64,000 nt of DNA. Source: Fimbriosthenelais zetlandica (lineage: Eukaryota). Shown here one piece after another: positions 13,296 through 26,183 of this stretch. The notes beneath the pieces are model-generated. The model worked only from the letters and a program-made list of their open reading frames with translations. It was not told where the DNA came from and made no database searches. The DNA lies in assembly GCA_977030845.1 (NCBI GenBank), contig OZ365115.1, forward strand, positions 14,508,001 through 14,572,000. The letters are read 5' to 3'. Both the position numbers and the translations under genes were made by a program. Within the stretch, counting starts at the first letter, position 1. Each line of letters begins with the position of its first letter.

Positions 13296-15979
13296 AGGAG
13301 GGCTGATCGCCACTAGGTGGCCTTGTGTATGGGTGGTTAGGGGGTCGAGGGGTGGGGACTGGGAACAGGGATTGCCAAGGCCATTGGGTCATGCCCTCTT
13401 TCATTTAAAAAAAAAATATTACACTATATATGTAACAAAGATAGAAGCAAAGTCAAAGAGGGAAATGATGCTATTCTTTATGGTTGGTAATGTTATTTAA
13501 ACCCATTTCCAAACGTATAATAATTTGAGAAAGAAAAAATAATTGCCAATGCAAGCATGAAAAATCTGAAAAAGAGCCCCCTCCCCCTTTTTTAAAGCAT
13601 TGTATGCCCTAATTACATGGCTCATATGACATTCCCCGGGGGCGGGGGCTTATACTGGAAGGCACGTGGGGAGCATTCAGGGTGTCAACAATGTGGGCCA
13701 ACCCCCTGAGCAGTTTTTGCTTAGAAATATTTCAGCAATAGAAAACCTTTAAATCCAAGACTCGCATGATTTTTAAAAAAAAATCAGATTTTTTGGGCGG
13801 TTTATGCAAGTCACAAAAGTTATTTTAGTTTTGAGGTTTATTTTACATTTTATTTCATGGTTTCCTTCGTTCATATTCTCGTTCATATTCAATAATTTAT
13901 CGGAAGCGTTCTTTTCTAATTCTCTAATTTGTGCATTAATATAAAGTGCCATTTTGTCCTGTCGACATTTTCCTCTTGTCCAATTTATCCATTATCCCCT
14001 TTTAAACCCATTTTCTATATTCCCCTAATTTTTATAATTTGCACTTTTGTGTGGCACGGGCCATTAAAAAGGTCCTTAATCATATTACCAATTCTGCCCG
14101 TGACCTATTAACCTAGATTCCTAACCCAGATATCCTTGGAAACGTATTAATGGTTACAGTATTTTGCTATGTAAGGTAAGTAGTATAGGAAAGAGGTCCA
14201 TTGACACTGACTCTTCATTTATAAAGATATGTATATCATTGGCCTTGAAAATCATTATATTCCTTGCAATTAATTCTGTTTTTTTTCCTTTCAGGATTCC
14301 GCGTTTAATGGGATTGAAGAAGAATGAGTCTTGGCCAGTATAGGCCCTGAAACAGTGAGTTATAGTAAATAAGAAAATGTAGATTAAGATTTAGCTCAAG
14401 ACATTTTAGCGTTAAGCACTTTTCAGATGCAGACATATTGTTTATATATAGCCACCGACATTTCTAGCAAATCTGTAAAAGATACACTTTGTTCAATCAA
14501 ATAAAAACAAAGTTATAAATTTCAGAAAATTAAAATGTCCTAAGGGGACCTTTCTTAAAAAAACAAGCTCTTTTAGAACAGGTCCCATTTAGTCATACAA
14601 TTTCATGTATCAGTATAAGAAGCTGTAAGTTTGTAACTTTTGGATGTAGTGTGGGTTTGATATGCTGTAAGTGTGACCAGCTATAAGATGTTAATAATTG
14701 AGACCTCCCCGCTACTCATCGATCTGACGAGGCGTGCACGGATCAACCATAAAGCAACTTATGATCAATTATAAATAATAACTACAGCCAGGTGTGACGG
14801 TTTAACAGGGGGGAGGGGGTGGAGGAGAGGGAGATAGAGACAGAGAGAGGGGGAGAGAGATGCGAGGTAAGGGTAGAGATATGGAATAACAGAGAGATAA
14901 GAGAAACCTGGTTTACATAGAGATTGGGGGTATATTAAGGAGGGGCACAGATATGGAGTGAAAGGAGGAAAATGGTGGGAGATACTAAGAAATAGAGACA
15001 AGGAGTGAGAAAGTCAGAGAGAGAGGGAGAAGAGAGTGAGAGGGAGAGTGGGGAGAAAGAGAGAATTAAGAGAGAGAGGGTGAGAGTACATGACAACATG
15101 TGTCTCACTGTCTGGGTAGACGATAGAGGAAAGGCAACGGAAGAGAGAAAGCCCGGGAAAGAGAGAGAGAGAGAGAGAGAGGACATGAGAGAGAGATAGA
15201 GAAAGAGAGTAGAGAGCCTAGGCTAGGTGTGACAGGAAGATCTTAGTGATTCTGTTTGAGTTGTTTTGAGTGACTCTTGATGCTTTATTTATTGAGAGCA
15301 CGAGCAGTTAGAACATCCGTGTGTGGGGAGGGGGGCGGGGGTTGGCTGATGGAGTGGAGGTTGGCAGGGGCCTTGGTGTTTAGGTACCACTTCATGGTTT
15401 TCGACATGAATGTACTACAATAAGTGTATATAAGTATAAGTATTCTCGGGTTTCTTAGAGAAAAAAGGCTGAAACGAAGGCCAATCGGCGATCTGCGATC
15501 TTATACATGAACTCACAATGGGTTATTATCCCCATCAAAGCTTAAACGTTTCATTTTGGCCTGCCACTATAATATGAATATCTTGTACTCCTCCCTCCCA
15601 ACCCATTCTTCCCTTCTCCCAATTCACCCCCCCGCCACACCCACCCACCCAGCCATGTAGTAGTGCATTATTATAATCTATAGCCTATCAACGCTGCCCC
15701 TCTGTCTCCGGTCGCCCTCTGGTGGTAGTGATGAATAAATAGCACCAGCTCATAAACAACTATCCTTACCCCCTATCCTTCCTCCTTACCCCCCTATCCT
15801 TCCTCCTCACCCCCAACATCGCCCACCCAACTCCCACTAACTCCCACCTACCCCAAACCTGCCCAATCCCTCACAGCTGATGGTTGCTAGCCCTACCACA
15901 GTGAAATATTGATGCCCACAGCTGAATCTGATCTTTTTGTGAAAAAAACATTCATGTACCTTGAAAAATCAGGGACTTT

Positions 15980-16200
15980 TGGACTAGAATTTGGAAGGTC
16001 CCAGGTTCAATTCCCCAAACAATCTCTAAATTTGCAGTTGTCCTTCCCGCACAATGCTGCTAACTGGGATATCAAAGGTCAGCCATGTCTCCCTCTAATT
16101 ATGGTGGATGAGAGACATGTAAAAAGCCGGCCATATCTCCTATAATGTCTGTGGTCAGAGGCACAGACATGGATCATGTAAAAGGCCGACCATGTTTTCC
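15980..16200 (+). mobile_element. tRNA-derived SINE copy
   Basis: B-box GGTTCAATTCCCC at 16004-16016, then gctgctaactgggatatcaaaggtcagccatgtctccc and degenerate tail units. Confidence 0.65.
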
Positions 16201-16468
16201 ATTGTTTGTTGAGAGTAATCTATTCCTACTCTAGGAATTAGGAAGTGCAGGTCATTGTGCATTGTCATGATTTGCCTCAGGATGTAACAGGCTACAGCTT
16301 TAAGCCTCATCAACAACCAGGTCCTATTGTTCTAGTTTGCCCCCACCTGCCTGTTTATATATGACTCCATGTTTCCCTACCGCCTCAGATTGACCCCAGC
16401 CCTTCTCTCATCCATTTCCTACTCATTAGGACCTGGCTCTCCTTCCTTCGCCAATGCACAATGGGCTC

Positions 16469-16616
16469 NNNNNNNNNNNNNNNNNNNNNNNNNNNNNNNN
16501 NNNNNNNNNNNNNNNNNNNNNNNNNNNNNNNNNNNNNNNNNNNNNNNNNNNNNNNNNNNNNNNNNNNNNNNNNNNNNNNNNNNNNNNNNNNNNNNNNNNN
16601 NNNNNNNNNNNNNNNN
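16469..16616. other. Assembly gap (148 N)
   Basis: Run of N. Confidence 0.99.
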
Positions 16617-17126
16617 GCTATCTCTCGCCAATAATTTTTGCCAAAAGTTGTATAATGATCTCCCCCGCTCCTTCTCTGTGTGTATCTCTCAGTGTCTGTC
16701 CTTCTATCCCTCCTCTCTCTCACTCTCTCTCTTTCTCTTTCTCTCTCTGTCTGTCTTTTTCTGCCTCTGCCTCCTTTTCTCTGTCTCTCGCCTGCTATTT
16801 ATCTTTTGTACAACGGGGCTGTGTGATAGTTGGCTTCGAGCGCTCGTCAAAAATATTAAAACAGGGGCATTGTCATCTCTTTATAAACCCGATCCTTGTC
16901 GCGTGATGTCATCTGATGTTCTGGTTTGTCTCTCCTTCCTTCTGCTCCTTCCTCCTGATCCGCTCACCTTTCTAACTGTGGTATACCTGCCTTCCTTCCT
17001 TCACTCACATGCAAACACTAAACACAAAATGACACGCGTGCCATATTCTTACCATTAGAGAACAAACACCATTATTACATATTACATCCTCATCCCACGG
17101 TACTGTTACACAGGTTTTATATCTCT

Positions 17127-17480
17127 ACAGTGGAACCTGGCTTCATGGCCACCTCATTAAAGCGACCATGGCTGGCCTTTTACTTGCCTCTCACAGTCAG
17201 ACCTTTTACATGTCTCTCAGCATTGGCATTGGATCTCACTATCCGACCAAATGTAACCCCACTAAGACATACTCCCTAAAGCGACCATCTTGCCGTGTGA
17301 CTGCTAAAAGTAACGCCAATGAAAGATACTCACTAAAGCGACCATCTCAATATGTGATCACTAAATGGTCTGGACCAAATGTAACACCAATGAGACGTAC
17401 TCAATAAAGCGACCATTTCACTATGTGACTACAATCAATTCAGCCTCCAGGCTGGTCGTCTTAGTGAGACCTTCCTGTAC
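17127..17480. mobile_element. Tc1/mariner-pogo-like MITE (TACAGTGG end, internal aaagcgacca repeats)
   Basis: Starts tacagtggaacc and ends ttcctgta; repeated aaagcgaccat motifs. Related copies at about 46890-46955 and 63740-64000. Confidence 0.55.
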
Positions 17481-19854
17481 TCAGCTGGGTCTTCATGTCA
17501 TGACGTCACTATGACGTTAATTCGCGTCACTATGACGTTACTGTACGTCTGATCATGTTTAACATGACATGATTTTATTACTTCCTATCCTGGAAACAAA
17601 AGGCGATCACGATAGGATAACATTTCCTCTGTCAAGCATCTCTAACAAAGCCATGTAAATACTATACGTGCAGATAGTGCTTTTAAAAGATAACATGAAT
17701 GATTTTTAAAAAATCAGGAAAACAGATCAACACATACAGGCATAATCATAATACAGTAGGCCCTACTAGGTTGGGCATTTTGAAACAGATTTTCAAATCA
17801 GATTTTTTTTCTATTTATTTAAATTTTGTATAAACTTTTAGGCTTTTTTCCATGGTGCTTTTGCGAACGGATTTTTATCTAATAAAATAATCATTGTAGC
17901 CAAATAATCCTTCCCGAAACTGGACCTTTTCTTCTGTTGCGAAAGGATTCAGATTTGTGACAAATTGTCGCCAGACCCTCCACAAAAGATGGCCGTTACT
18001 TTGACAGAACTGCAGCCACGCCACATGTTATTGACAGTCTTTTCATGAATTCATTTTCAGATGGAAATCATCTGCACTTTAGGATATGAATTTTTTATTA
18101 GGTTTTTATGAAGGCATATAAAGGTGGATATCCGCCGTTTTACAGGGGTTCGTCAATAAAGCGTCCATAGTCATGGAGGCTGCATTTATTCACATTCCCC
18201 CCGCTCTCGATTGCTCTGTCCATACTACGCTAATGGAAATCTTTATGAATATGCATATAATTATTAGTTGAATGCATAAAGTTTGGATGGAAATTGGGGG
18301 GGGGGGGTTGGGGGCATATATAATCTCTTAGATCTGAATATTTTGGGGATACATAATTTCACAATTCCCACCTTGCAAGTGCATAAAATCTTTGTGTAAA
18401 AGGCCTTAGGGTGGGGAGGAGTGTGAGTAACAGGGGTGGATGGAGAGGAGTGAGTTTGGGAAGAGTGGGGAAGATTTGAGACGAAGAGACAGAGAGAGCG
18501 GGGAGAGAGACACAGAGAGGGAGAAACAGAGAAGAGAGACAGATAGAAGAAGAGAGACAGAGAGGGAGGAGAGAGACAAAGAGAGAGCAGGAGAGAGACA
18601 GAGAGGGAGGAGAGAGACAGACAGAGGGAGAGAGAAGAGACACAGAGAGGGGAGAGACAAAGAGAGAGATCGAGAGACAGAGAGGCCGGAGAGAGACAGA
18701 GAGGAGAGACAGAGATAGAGATAGAATGAGACAGAGAGAGACACACACAGTGAGAGAGGAGAGAGAGATGTGCTCTCTGAGAGGGGGGTCCATGCCCCCT
18801 GGACCCCCCTTCACCACCATCAGATGATCCACTATGGATTATGACTGTAAGGCCTTTAATCACCCCGGGTTATTAATAATGGAGCCGCCAGCCTGGGTAT
18901 GAGGGAGCGGTCCGTGAATGGCTCTATGTATATCATTGACAAGTGTCAATAGACTACATGTATAATGAATGCTCCCTCTGCCTGTGATGACATGGGTTAT
19001 TTGTAAGCCTTGACTTTATGGTCGGGGTAGGGGGTGGGGATGGGGGAGGGAGGGTAGGGGGGTGGGTGGGTGGGTGGATGATCATGTATGTGGACTATTG
19101 TACTCATCCATCTGTTTCTGTTTGATAATTTAACTGTAGTTTCCTGTCAGTTCTTCTATCGGCTATTTCTCATTTTGCTCTCTCACTATCTCTCTCCTGC
19201 CTCTGCCTCTCGATCTATCTCTCTGCCTGTCTCTCTATTCGTCTCTTTCTCTCTGTCTCTCTCCTTCTTTCTCTTGGTTTGTCTCTACCTCTCCCTTTCT
19301 GTGTCTCTCTCCTCTCCCCCATCTCTCTCTTGCTCTATCTCTCTTGCTATTTCTGTCTGTCTCGCTCCCTCCCCCCCCCCCACGCTCCCTCCCTCCCTCC
19401 CTATCTCTCTCCACTCTCTCTCACACAAGCATACAGGTCATTATACAAACATACAGACAAAAGCATTAAGCTTCTATATTTCTCTTCTCTTTTCCTTCTG
19501 TTTCCCACCATCTATCTTAACTTCTCACTGAAATATTTCCCCTGCTTCTTAATTCATGTTCAATTGTCTTAAAACCCGTGCCTTTGTCTCCTTTTATTCG
19601 TCATGCACCACACATTTCTCTTTACAAAGTTAATCATGAAAACTATTAGCCCTAACCACTCAGGAATGACCCGTCACTCAGAATGAATTTCCTCAGACAA
19701 TGAGCTCATTTTCAGGTTCCTCTCACCTGAACCTTCCCGTTTTATCATCAAACCTTTCACGGTTAACTCCCTAACAACTTTACCAAGAAATGACGATTAA
19801 TTTACACCCTCTCTCACACACCATTGCCATGGAAACGCCCTGATATGTCAATTA

Positions 19855-20090
19855 GTAATCCCTCGGTGAAGCGCGCATGCGCTGCGCACACTTCCGGCCC
19901 AATGTCATTAAACAAATTAGTGTTGCGGCGCCTGAATAGAACTCCTCAACGGGAGAGAATGGAGATATAAATGGCCATGAGCCGATTGGTGATCTCCGGA
20001 CGGAAGTAGAAGGGGCGTTCATTGTTTGGGCTTGTTTCCTGTTCCGGTCAGCGCTAGGGATTCTGGGAGATGATAAAGATGGCGGGGATG
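19855..20090. promoter_or_regulatory. CpG-rich housekeeping-type promoter-like island
   Basis: NRF1-type GCGCATGCGC, ETS CACTTCCGG and CGGAAGT, CCAAT/ATTGG, YY1-like AAGATGGCGG within about 230 bp. Confidence 0.5.
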
Positions 20091-20867
20091 GTGTAGATGT
20101 CGTCATGATCTTGTTGACAAAGCTGTTGTCAGCGTCTGAGAAGGCCACAGGGTCCTTACACATATCACATGATCAACATCCTCTCTTCCATCTTTTCTTT
20201 CTGCTAAATGTCAGTATTTGTTAGATCTCCAAGTAGACGTATCTCTCTCCTCTAGTGACCTTCAGTATGACCTCTGTGATATCAATCATGATGCAGTTCT
20301 TATTTCAAATCACTTCATGAGCCTAATGCGATAGAGTAATCTAGCAAAGTGTCCTGCCAAATTTAGAAGCAATGATCTTTAAAAATGTTTAATATTACCT
20401 CTTATGGACAAATTGGATATTACAAGGTTTACCAGATCACCTTCCAGCTACTTTGAAAAGAAGCGATCTATAAGTGCGCGATTTCATATTGGCCGACTTA
20501 TCTTTGCTTCATATTCAAAGTAATACAAATGTGGAATTTCATTTTATTGTTAGTCCTGAATGGCAAATTATTGTATTAAATGCAATCCTTTGTTTTCGGT
20601 TCTTAAGAACATTTGTAAAAATCATTTTTTGTGGGAGGGATGAATCATGTTTTAATTATATTGATTGCTCTTTGATGTGACGTCTCTTGGGTTCCCTGCT
20701 TGTTTAGCCTTCAATCAAAATCAAGTCATAACAATTTCTAATCAATACCTTGTAATTAGCCTCTTATGAGCCTGATGTCTTCTTTCACTAATTGTGACTT
20801 GACATGCAATATTTGGGTGCATTGGTCCATTTTTAGTCAGTATACTCTAAAGCCTAAAACAGACTAA

Positions 20868-21025
20868 TCCGATTCTTCATCCGGCTCCATCCAATAGCTG
20901 TCCAAATCCATATATCTATTCACACCAAATGTTTGTAATTTTAACAGACCCTTACACCTAGGTAAGGCTAACCACTGACAAAATGTCAATCTTTGGATGT
21001 CATTAGAAAAGGGGGTTCGGATAGC
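20868..21025 (+). repeat. Interspersed repeat, related to 37560-37720 and 41550-41710
   Basis: Shared ccgattct...atccggctccatcc...cacctaggtaaggctaac...ggggttcggat. Confidence 0.7.
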
Positions 21026-21275
21026 GACGCAAGTAAATTTTAAAAAAATGCATGTCCTTGCATTGTTTTAAGAATTGTAATGAGAAGCATCTGAAAAGCG
21101 TTAACTTATAAAGCAATCTCCTTTCAAAAACCAAAATTCTCTCCCCTCAGAAACGATTTTGACATAGAGCTGTCCCTCCATTGCATTGAGGCCTGTTTTA
21201 ACGTTGGTTTGGAGCAGGCACGGTGTTGTCCGCCTCATTGTTCATTGTTGAGTCTGCCTAATTGTTGAGTCCGCG

Positions 21276-24200
21276 TCATTGTTCATTGTTGAGGTGACTC
21301 GTGGCAGGCACGGTGTTGTCCAGTAGATGTTTGATGGCTGGCACCTTACGGAGAACTCGTGGAAGTTTGAACTGTGGATTCACACGAGCTCCCATCAAAA
21401 TAGGCACCATGGACTCAATGGTGCCGGGCTTCACCTGTACACAGGTAGAAATATTAATCAATTAATATGGGAGATGAATAATTATCAATTAATATGGGAG
21501 ATGAATAATTTCCTATTTATCTCTTTTGAGCTAGTTTCATAAACTGGGCCCTGACACGAAAGGAATGTCCCAAAACGGCCTCGACCCTCCATTTTACTTT
21601 TAATGTTACCATGGTTACTGAATGATACACACCTGTATCACCTCGACAACTGCGATGTTACCGACGTCCTTAAACCGCTTATAGGGGGCGTACATCTCCA
21701 CTAACTGACCGTCAATCTGAAATACCATTATCATATATAGATTTCAGTAAAAGAGACTTCCATTTAGGTACAGCCTGCTAGCAGGGATAACCTCTTGATG
21801 AATGTTCTTTTTTGAGTTGGTTTATTTTCTATTATTAGTTAAAATTATTATTAAAAATAGTAAATTTCTATTTTTACCTTTTCGCCCAAGTCAGACAAGA
21901 GTTCTGGATCCTTCACTTCATTAAACTCAATAAAGAAGACGTAATGTCCCTGAGTCTCTTTCCCTGTAGATCAGAAAATACATTACCTTAAATTCTTAAA
22001 ATTTAATATCAGTACAACAATTGATCTTAATGCTGCGGTATATGAAACCTATAAATATGTGCCGTTGGTTTTAAGAGACATATTTCAGTTCCAAGATTTT
22101 GATATTTGGACATTGACATTTTAACCTAGTATTTGGTCAGTGACTACATGTGCTCTCTGTGGTGGTAATATTTACCTAGTATTTGGTCAGTGACTGTGCT
22201 CTCTGTGGTGGTAATATTTACCTAGTATTTGGTCAGTGACTGTGCTCTCTGTGGTGGTATAGTTGGCCATGCCATCTTTCAGGTGTAGTTTAGTAGTTGC
22301 CTTGTCTAAAGCTTCATACAGAAACTTCTCAGGTGTTCTCTCATAGGCGATGTTCAGCCTCTGACCCAGCCTGTAGGTGCAGACAATAAATATAGTGGAT
22401 TTTCACATCACGAATTAACTATATATCATCAGAATTCATCATCGGATGTTTTAAATCAAACTATATAGAATGTATACAAGGACAATTACCTGTACATGAA
22501 TTGGTACTTGGGAAGACGATCCTCAAATCCGACTACTTTGATGACGTCACCAAACCTACACCGGTACAAACCGTTTAAGTTGGTATTTACTACTTCATAA
22601 AACTGACCCACTTCCACCTGAAATGAAGTCAAGACAAACTTAAGTTTATTGTTAAATGTTTTTGAAATTCCCAATTATGTGGAGTCTTCCAGAGAGTAGG
22701 AGACAGGGCTGCGGTCATTTACCTATTGGTCTTTGATCCATTATAGCAGTTCGGGTTGGAGAAAGACAATGAATGACTGATTGGGAGAATGCTCGTAGAA
22801 CCAGGGACCAACCACATTCCCAAGTCAACTGCTGAGCCACAGCCCGACCCCGGAGTCCCTTATATTAATGGGACCTTTACTTGCCTTGATATTATGAAAT
22901 AGATATATTATTTTAAATATAAAATACCTGATCAATGTTGACCGTGTCTGGGGCGTCCTCCTCCACATCCTCCAGTCGTACAAACTCCATGAAGCAGAAG
23001 GCGGGGTACATGGTGAAAGTTTCCCCGACCCAGGGCTCCTCCTCCATGTTCAGTCCCATCAATCCTTCAGTAGCCATATGAATAGTCCCGCACAGCTTCA
23101 CTCCCTTCATCTGTCTCTCCATCAGCTGATCTGCCAGCATCTTAAAGCCAGCTGATTTACCCATCAAGATGTAGTCCATGGTGGGCCACACCCTCCTGAA
23201 CAGCCCCACTGGTCCATCCTCCATGGCCTTCCTCAAGTAATCCGCTCTCTCCGGGTCAGACTTCAGTTTGCTGGACAGAGCAATCCGTACGTCCTCTGAC
23301 ATTGTCACCACACTGCCCACTCTCCCTCTCTCAATATCGTCACATAGATCACTCCAGTTCATCATCATGAACTTGACGAAGGAATTAGTAAGGTCGGCTG
23401 AAAATGATGAGATCTGGCCAAGTTCTGGTTCGGCCAGGGCGAATAGAGCCATGGCATAGAAAGATGATCGTTCATCCACTAGATTCTGGTACTCTACAGG
23501 AATGAGATTGTGTTTTGGCATAGTCTGAATAATGGCTTGCGTTAAGGCCCCCAGTGGTTCTCCACCTTCCGTTTTTGTCATTTTAGAGAAAATATGAAAA
23601 TGGAAAGTCCTCTTCAACGACATCATTGGTAAGAATCTCGTGTATAGTGTAACGAAAACTTTTTTCATTTCCTTCAGATATGTCTTTCTGATCGGGTAAA
23701 TTTTAGCCTGGCCTGTTGTGCCTGAAGTACTCGCATACACTAAGGTTTCGTCGTTGTATAGTATATTTTTCTCTCCATCCACCATTTTCTTGACGTACGT
23801 TCTATAGTGTATCTCTGTTGTGATGGGGTGACGTCTCTTGAAGTCAGCCAGAGTGCGAATCTCCCTGAATTTATACTCTCTCCCATACTCTGTATCTTCG
23901 TTGAGGCGTAGGATTTTCATCAGAGTGTCTATGTTGTACTGAAATTAATTGATTTAGTAAAGATTTATATGATGTTGATCTGGAAAATGATTATCATGAT
24001 TCACGATTTTTAATCAAAGATTGACAGTCAACGAGTATTAACTTTGCTCCATTATTGTACATTGTGACGTCAGAGTATAGCTATTTTAGGTCACCATGAC
24101 GACGATATCGTTTATTGACCAATCAGAGTGTTGGAAACTAGGGCAAAACCAGTACGCCATTAACGAGGAATACTGTAACTAATATTTCCCGCCTCCTTGA

Positions 24201-25509
24201 TGTCAAGCAATGTTATTCTTGGATACTAATAATGACAGCATAAGAGATGAATATTACCTTTGTCGGTTCCTTGGTGAGTTTGGTAAAGAAGGGCCGTTTA
24301 ACAGCCATAAAAATCCTGATGATAACAATGAAAACATATTGTGACAGTAGAGTGACAATAGTGTGACTGTCAGCTGGTGACAGTAGCCAGATATCCAGAC
24401 AAATCAGAGAGGCGAGAACCAGGACCACTAGTACACCACCTGAAACAATACACCCAGCTTTGGTCTTTGGTTTAAGAAATTGACATGTTATCAAACATTA
24501 CTTGCTAAAGCATTGTGAATCTTAAGCGCCTTCTACATTACACCGATCTAGGGCCCGATTTCATGATCTTAACGATCTGATAAGATCAAATTGAAGTCAG
24601 ATTAGAAATCGGCATAATGTGTGAAGATAAGATCATGATCGGGATCATTCTCTCATAGAGCTGTCCATGTCAGATCTGATGCGATTTGGGGGCAGATCTT
24701 GCATGTCCGATTTTGATCTGATCAGATCATAAATCGCCAGACCTATAGTGTGGAAGGCGCTTTAGGGATGGGTCCAGGGTCCCAGAAATGAAATAAGGAT
24801 CATTTCGCTAGAAATAAGGGCATTTCGGGGTCACAAGAGGTCCCTATAAGATCATCACATAATAATAATATTATGCATTATATGAGTTGGATATGGGAAA
24901 TGCCCACTGTATGTCAATATATAAATTTGAATCAAACTTTGAACCAATGATTTAGAACCAAATAACCCTGGTTACTATCAGTAAGTGATATTGACTATGT
25001 ATACAGCTAGGTTTCCTCTAATGTGGTATCTTATCTCCTGGGAAAAATTGCTTATTTATGAAGCACTTAATGATAGTCAAAGATCCCATGATCTTCAAGT
25101 CCTTAAATCTTTGTCTGACGGACTAATAATATTCTTAAACTATATTGCTAATTGACTAGATGAGATATAGAAATTTTTATAATTTCAAAAGGAAAATTAG
25201 CAATGCTAAGCATATGGCTAATCTTCCTTTTGAAACAGGCACCTGTGGATGGATCGAGTTGATCTAGTAGGCCAAACTCTTATGGCTTATCAAACCTAGG
25301 AAGGGCCAACCATATCCAATCAAGGTGTGTCTCTCCCAGCCTCTGAGACTAATGTTACTTTAAAAGAAAAGGTAAATACCAAATGAGATGAACCAGGTGA
25401 GTGAGGCGTTCCTTGACCAGGCATTAAAGATGTAGCTGGCCGTAGCTACAGCCAGAGCCGCCAGAAACAAGGCAGTCTGTAACGCGCGCCGCTCCCACTT
25501 CTCTCCCAT
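21276..25509 (-). CDS. GHDC: GH3 domain-containing protein (GHDC-like acyl acid-amido synthetase, ANL adenylating superfamily), tandem copy A, 8 coding exons, 642 aa
   Basis: Exons reconstructed by hand with canonical GT-AG sites and consistent phases: 25509-25380, 24439-24258, 23938-22928, 22617-22490, 22370-22222, 21963-21878, 21716-21633, 21434-21276 (1929 nt, open to TGA). GH3 motifs present: YASTSGTTG (motif 1 P-loop), HMATEG (motif 2), LYRCRFGD (motif 3), HYVFFIE and C-terminal QFKLPRV. N-terminus is hydrophobic (MGEKWERRALQTALFLAALAVATASYIF...GGVLVVLVLASLICLDIWLL). Confidence 0.92.
22125..22262 (-). repeat. 46-bp tandem repeat (3 units) duplicating the 3' end of exon 5 and its splice donor, copy A
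   Basis: Unit accaccacagagagcacagtcactgaccaaatactag|gtaaatatt on - strand; donor G at 22221, 22175, 22125 (last unit has a 4-bp insertion). Confidence 0.9.
22928..23938 (-). CDS. GHDC: GH3 copy A exon 3 (1011 nt; adenylation core with motifs 1 and 2)
   Basis: ORF 22913..23920 trimmed to acceptor ttcag|TACAAC (23938) and donor CAG|gtattt (22928). Confidence 0.93.
24525..24761. mobile_element. MITE, PIF/Harbinger type, in intron 1 of GH3 copy A
   Basis: TIR agcgccttctaca...tgtggaaggcgct with a TTA target-site duplication on both sides; gatc-rich palindromic interior. Confidence 0.75.
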
Positions 25510-26079
25510 CTTCTTCACTTTCACTCGTCCTACAGACAAGTAATCTTTCCCTGGTAGAGTTTACCTTGGTTGAGCTCTAGAACGGAGATTATCAGACTGA
25601 CTGATAATGCTTTATCTCTTAGACTAACTTAATTCTTAAGTTGAATCTAAAATTGTGCTCGGACATAATTTATGATAGCTCATGACTGTTGATTTTGTGA
25701 CTCCCGGGGGTCATAATCATAGGCTAAAAGCATCGTTATGAAACAGGCCTCATAGGCTTGTTTCATAACGATGCCTATGAACAGAAAAGCATCAATTTAC
25801 TTCATCTAAATTTATCTAAATCAATTATGAAACTTTCAATTTGATTCTCAATTTTTAATCATTATATACAGTGCCTATTTAATATTCTTTTGACAGTTTA
25901 ATTCACTGTAATAAAACCGACTGTTTCGAAACGTCCATGTAGGCTATTGACTAACACTTCAATAATATAAATTATTATTCTGGCTATTACTGTATATACA
26001 CTCCTATCATAGTAGGTCAGGTTCTAAAATTGACTTAATGGAAACTAGAAATAAACTACAAGACAAATGTTATTGGTCC

Positions 26080-26085
26080 TTTATT
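26080..26085 (-). terminator. Candidate polyadenylation signal (AATAAA) of GH3 copy B
   Basis: tttatt on + strand, about 100 nt downstream of the copy B stop codon. Confidence 0.5.
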
Positions 26086-26183
26086 GGTTTCACAGATCTC
26101 ATTGTTGAGTCTACTTTAGGGTTGAGTCTGCGTCATTGTTGAGTCTGCGTCATTGTTGAGTCTGCCTCAATATTGAGTCCGCC

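Noticed and set aside
16369-17058. Long ORFs containing X runs (also about 36600-37100 and 40600-41100)
   Set aside because: They are open only because they cross N gaps and microsatellites.
23268-23459. Plus-strand ORFs antisense to GH3 exons (also 21327, 26235, 28111, 28330)
   Set aside because: Shadow ORFs of the real coding strand, repeated only because the gene is duplicated.
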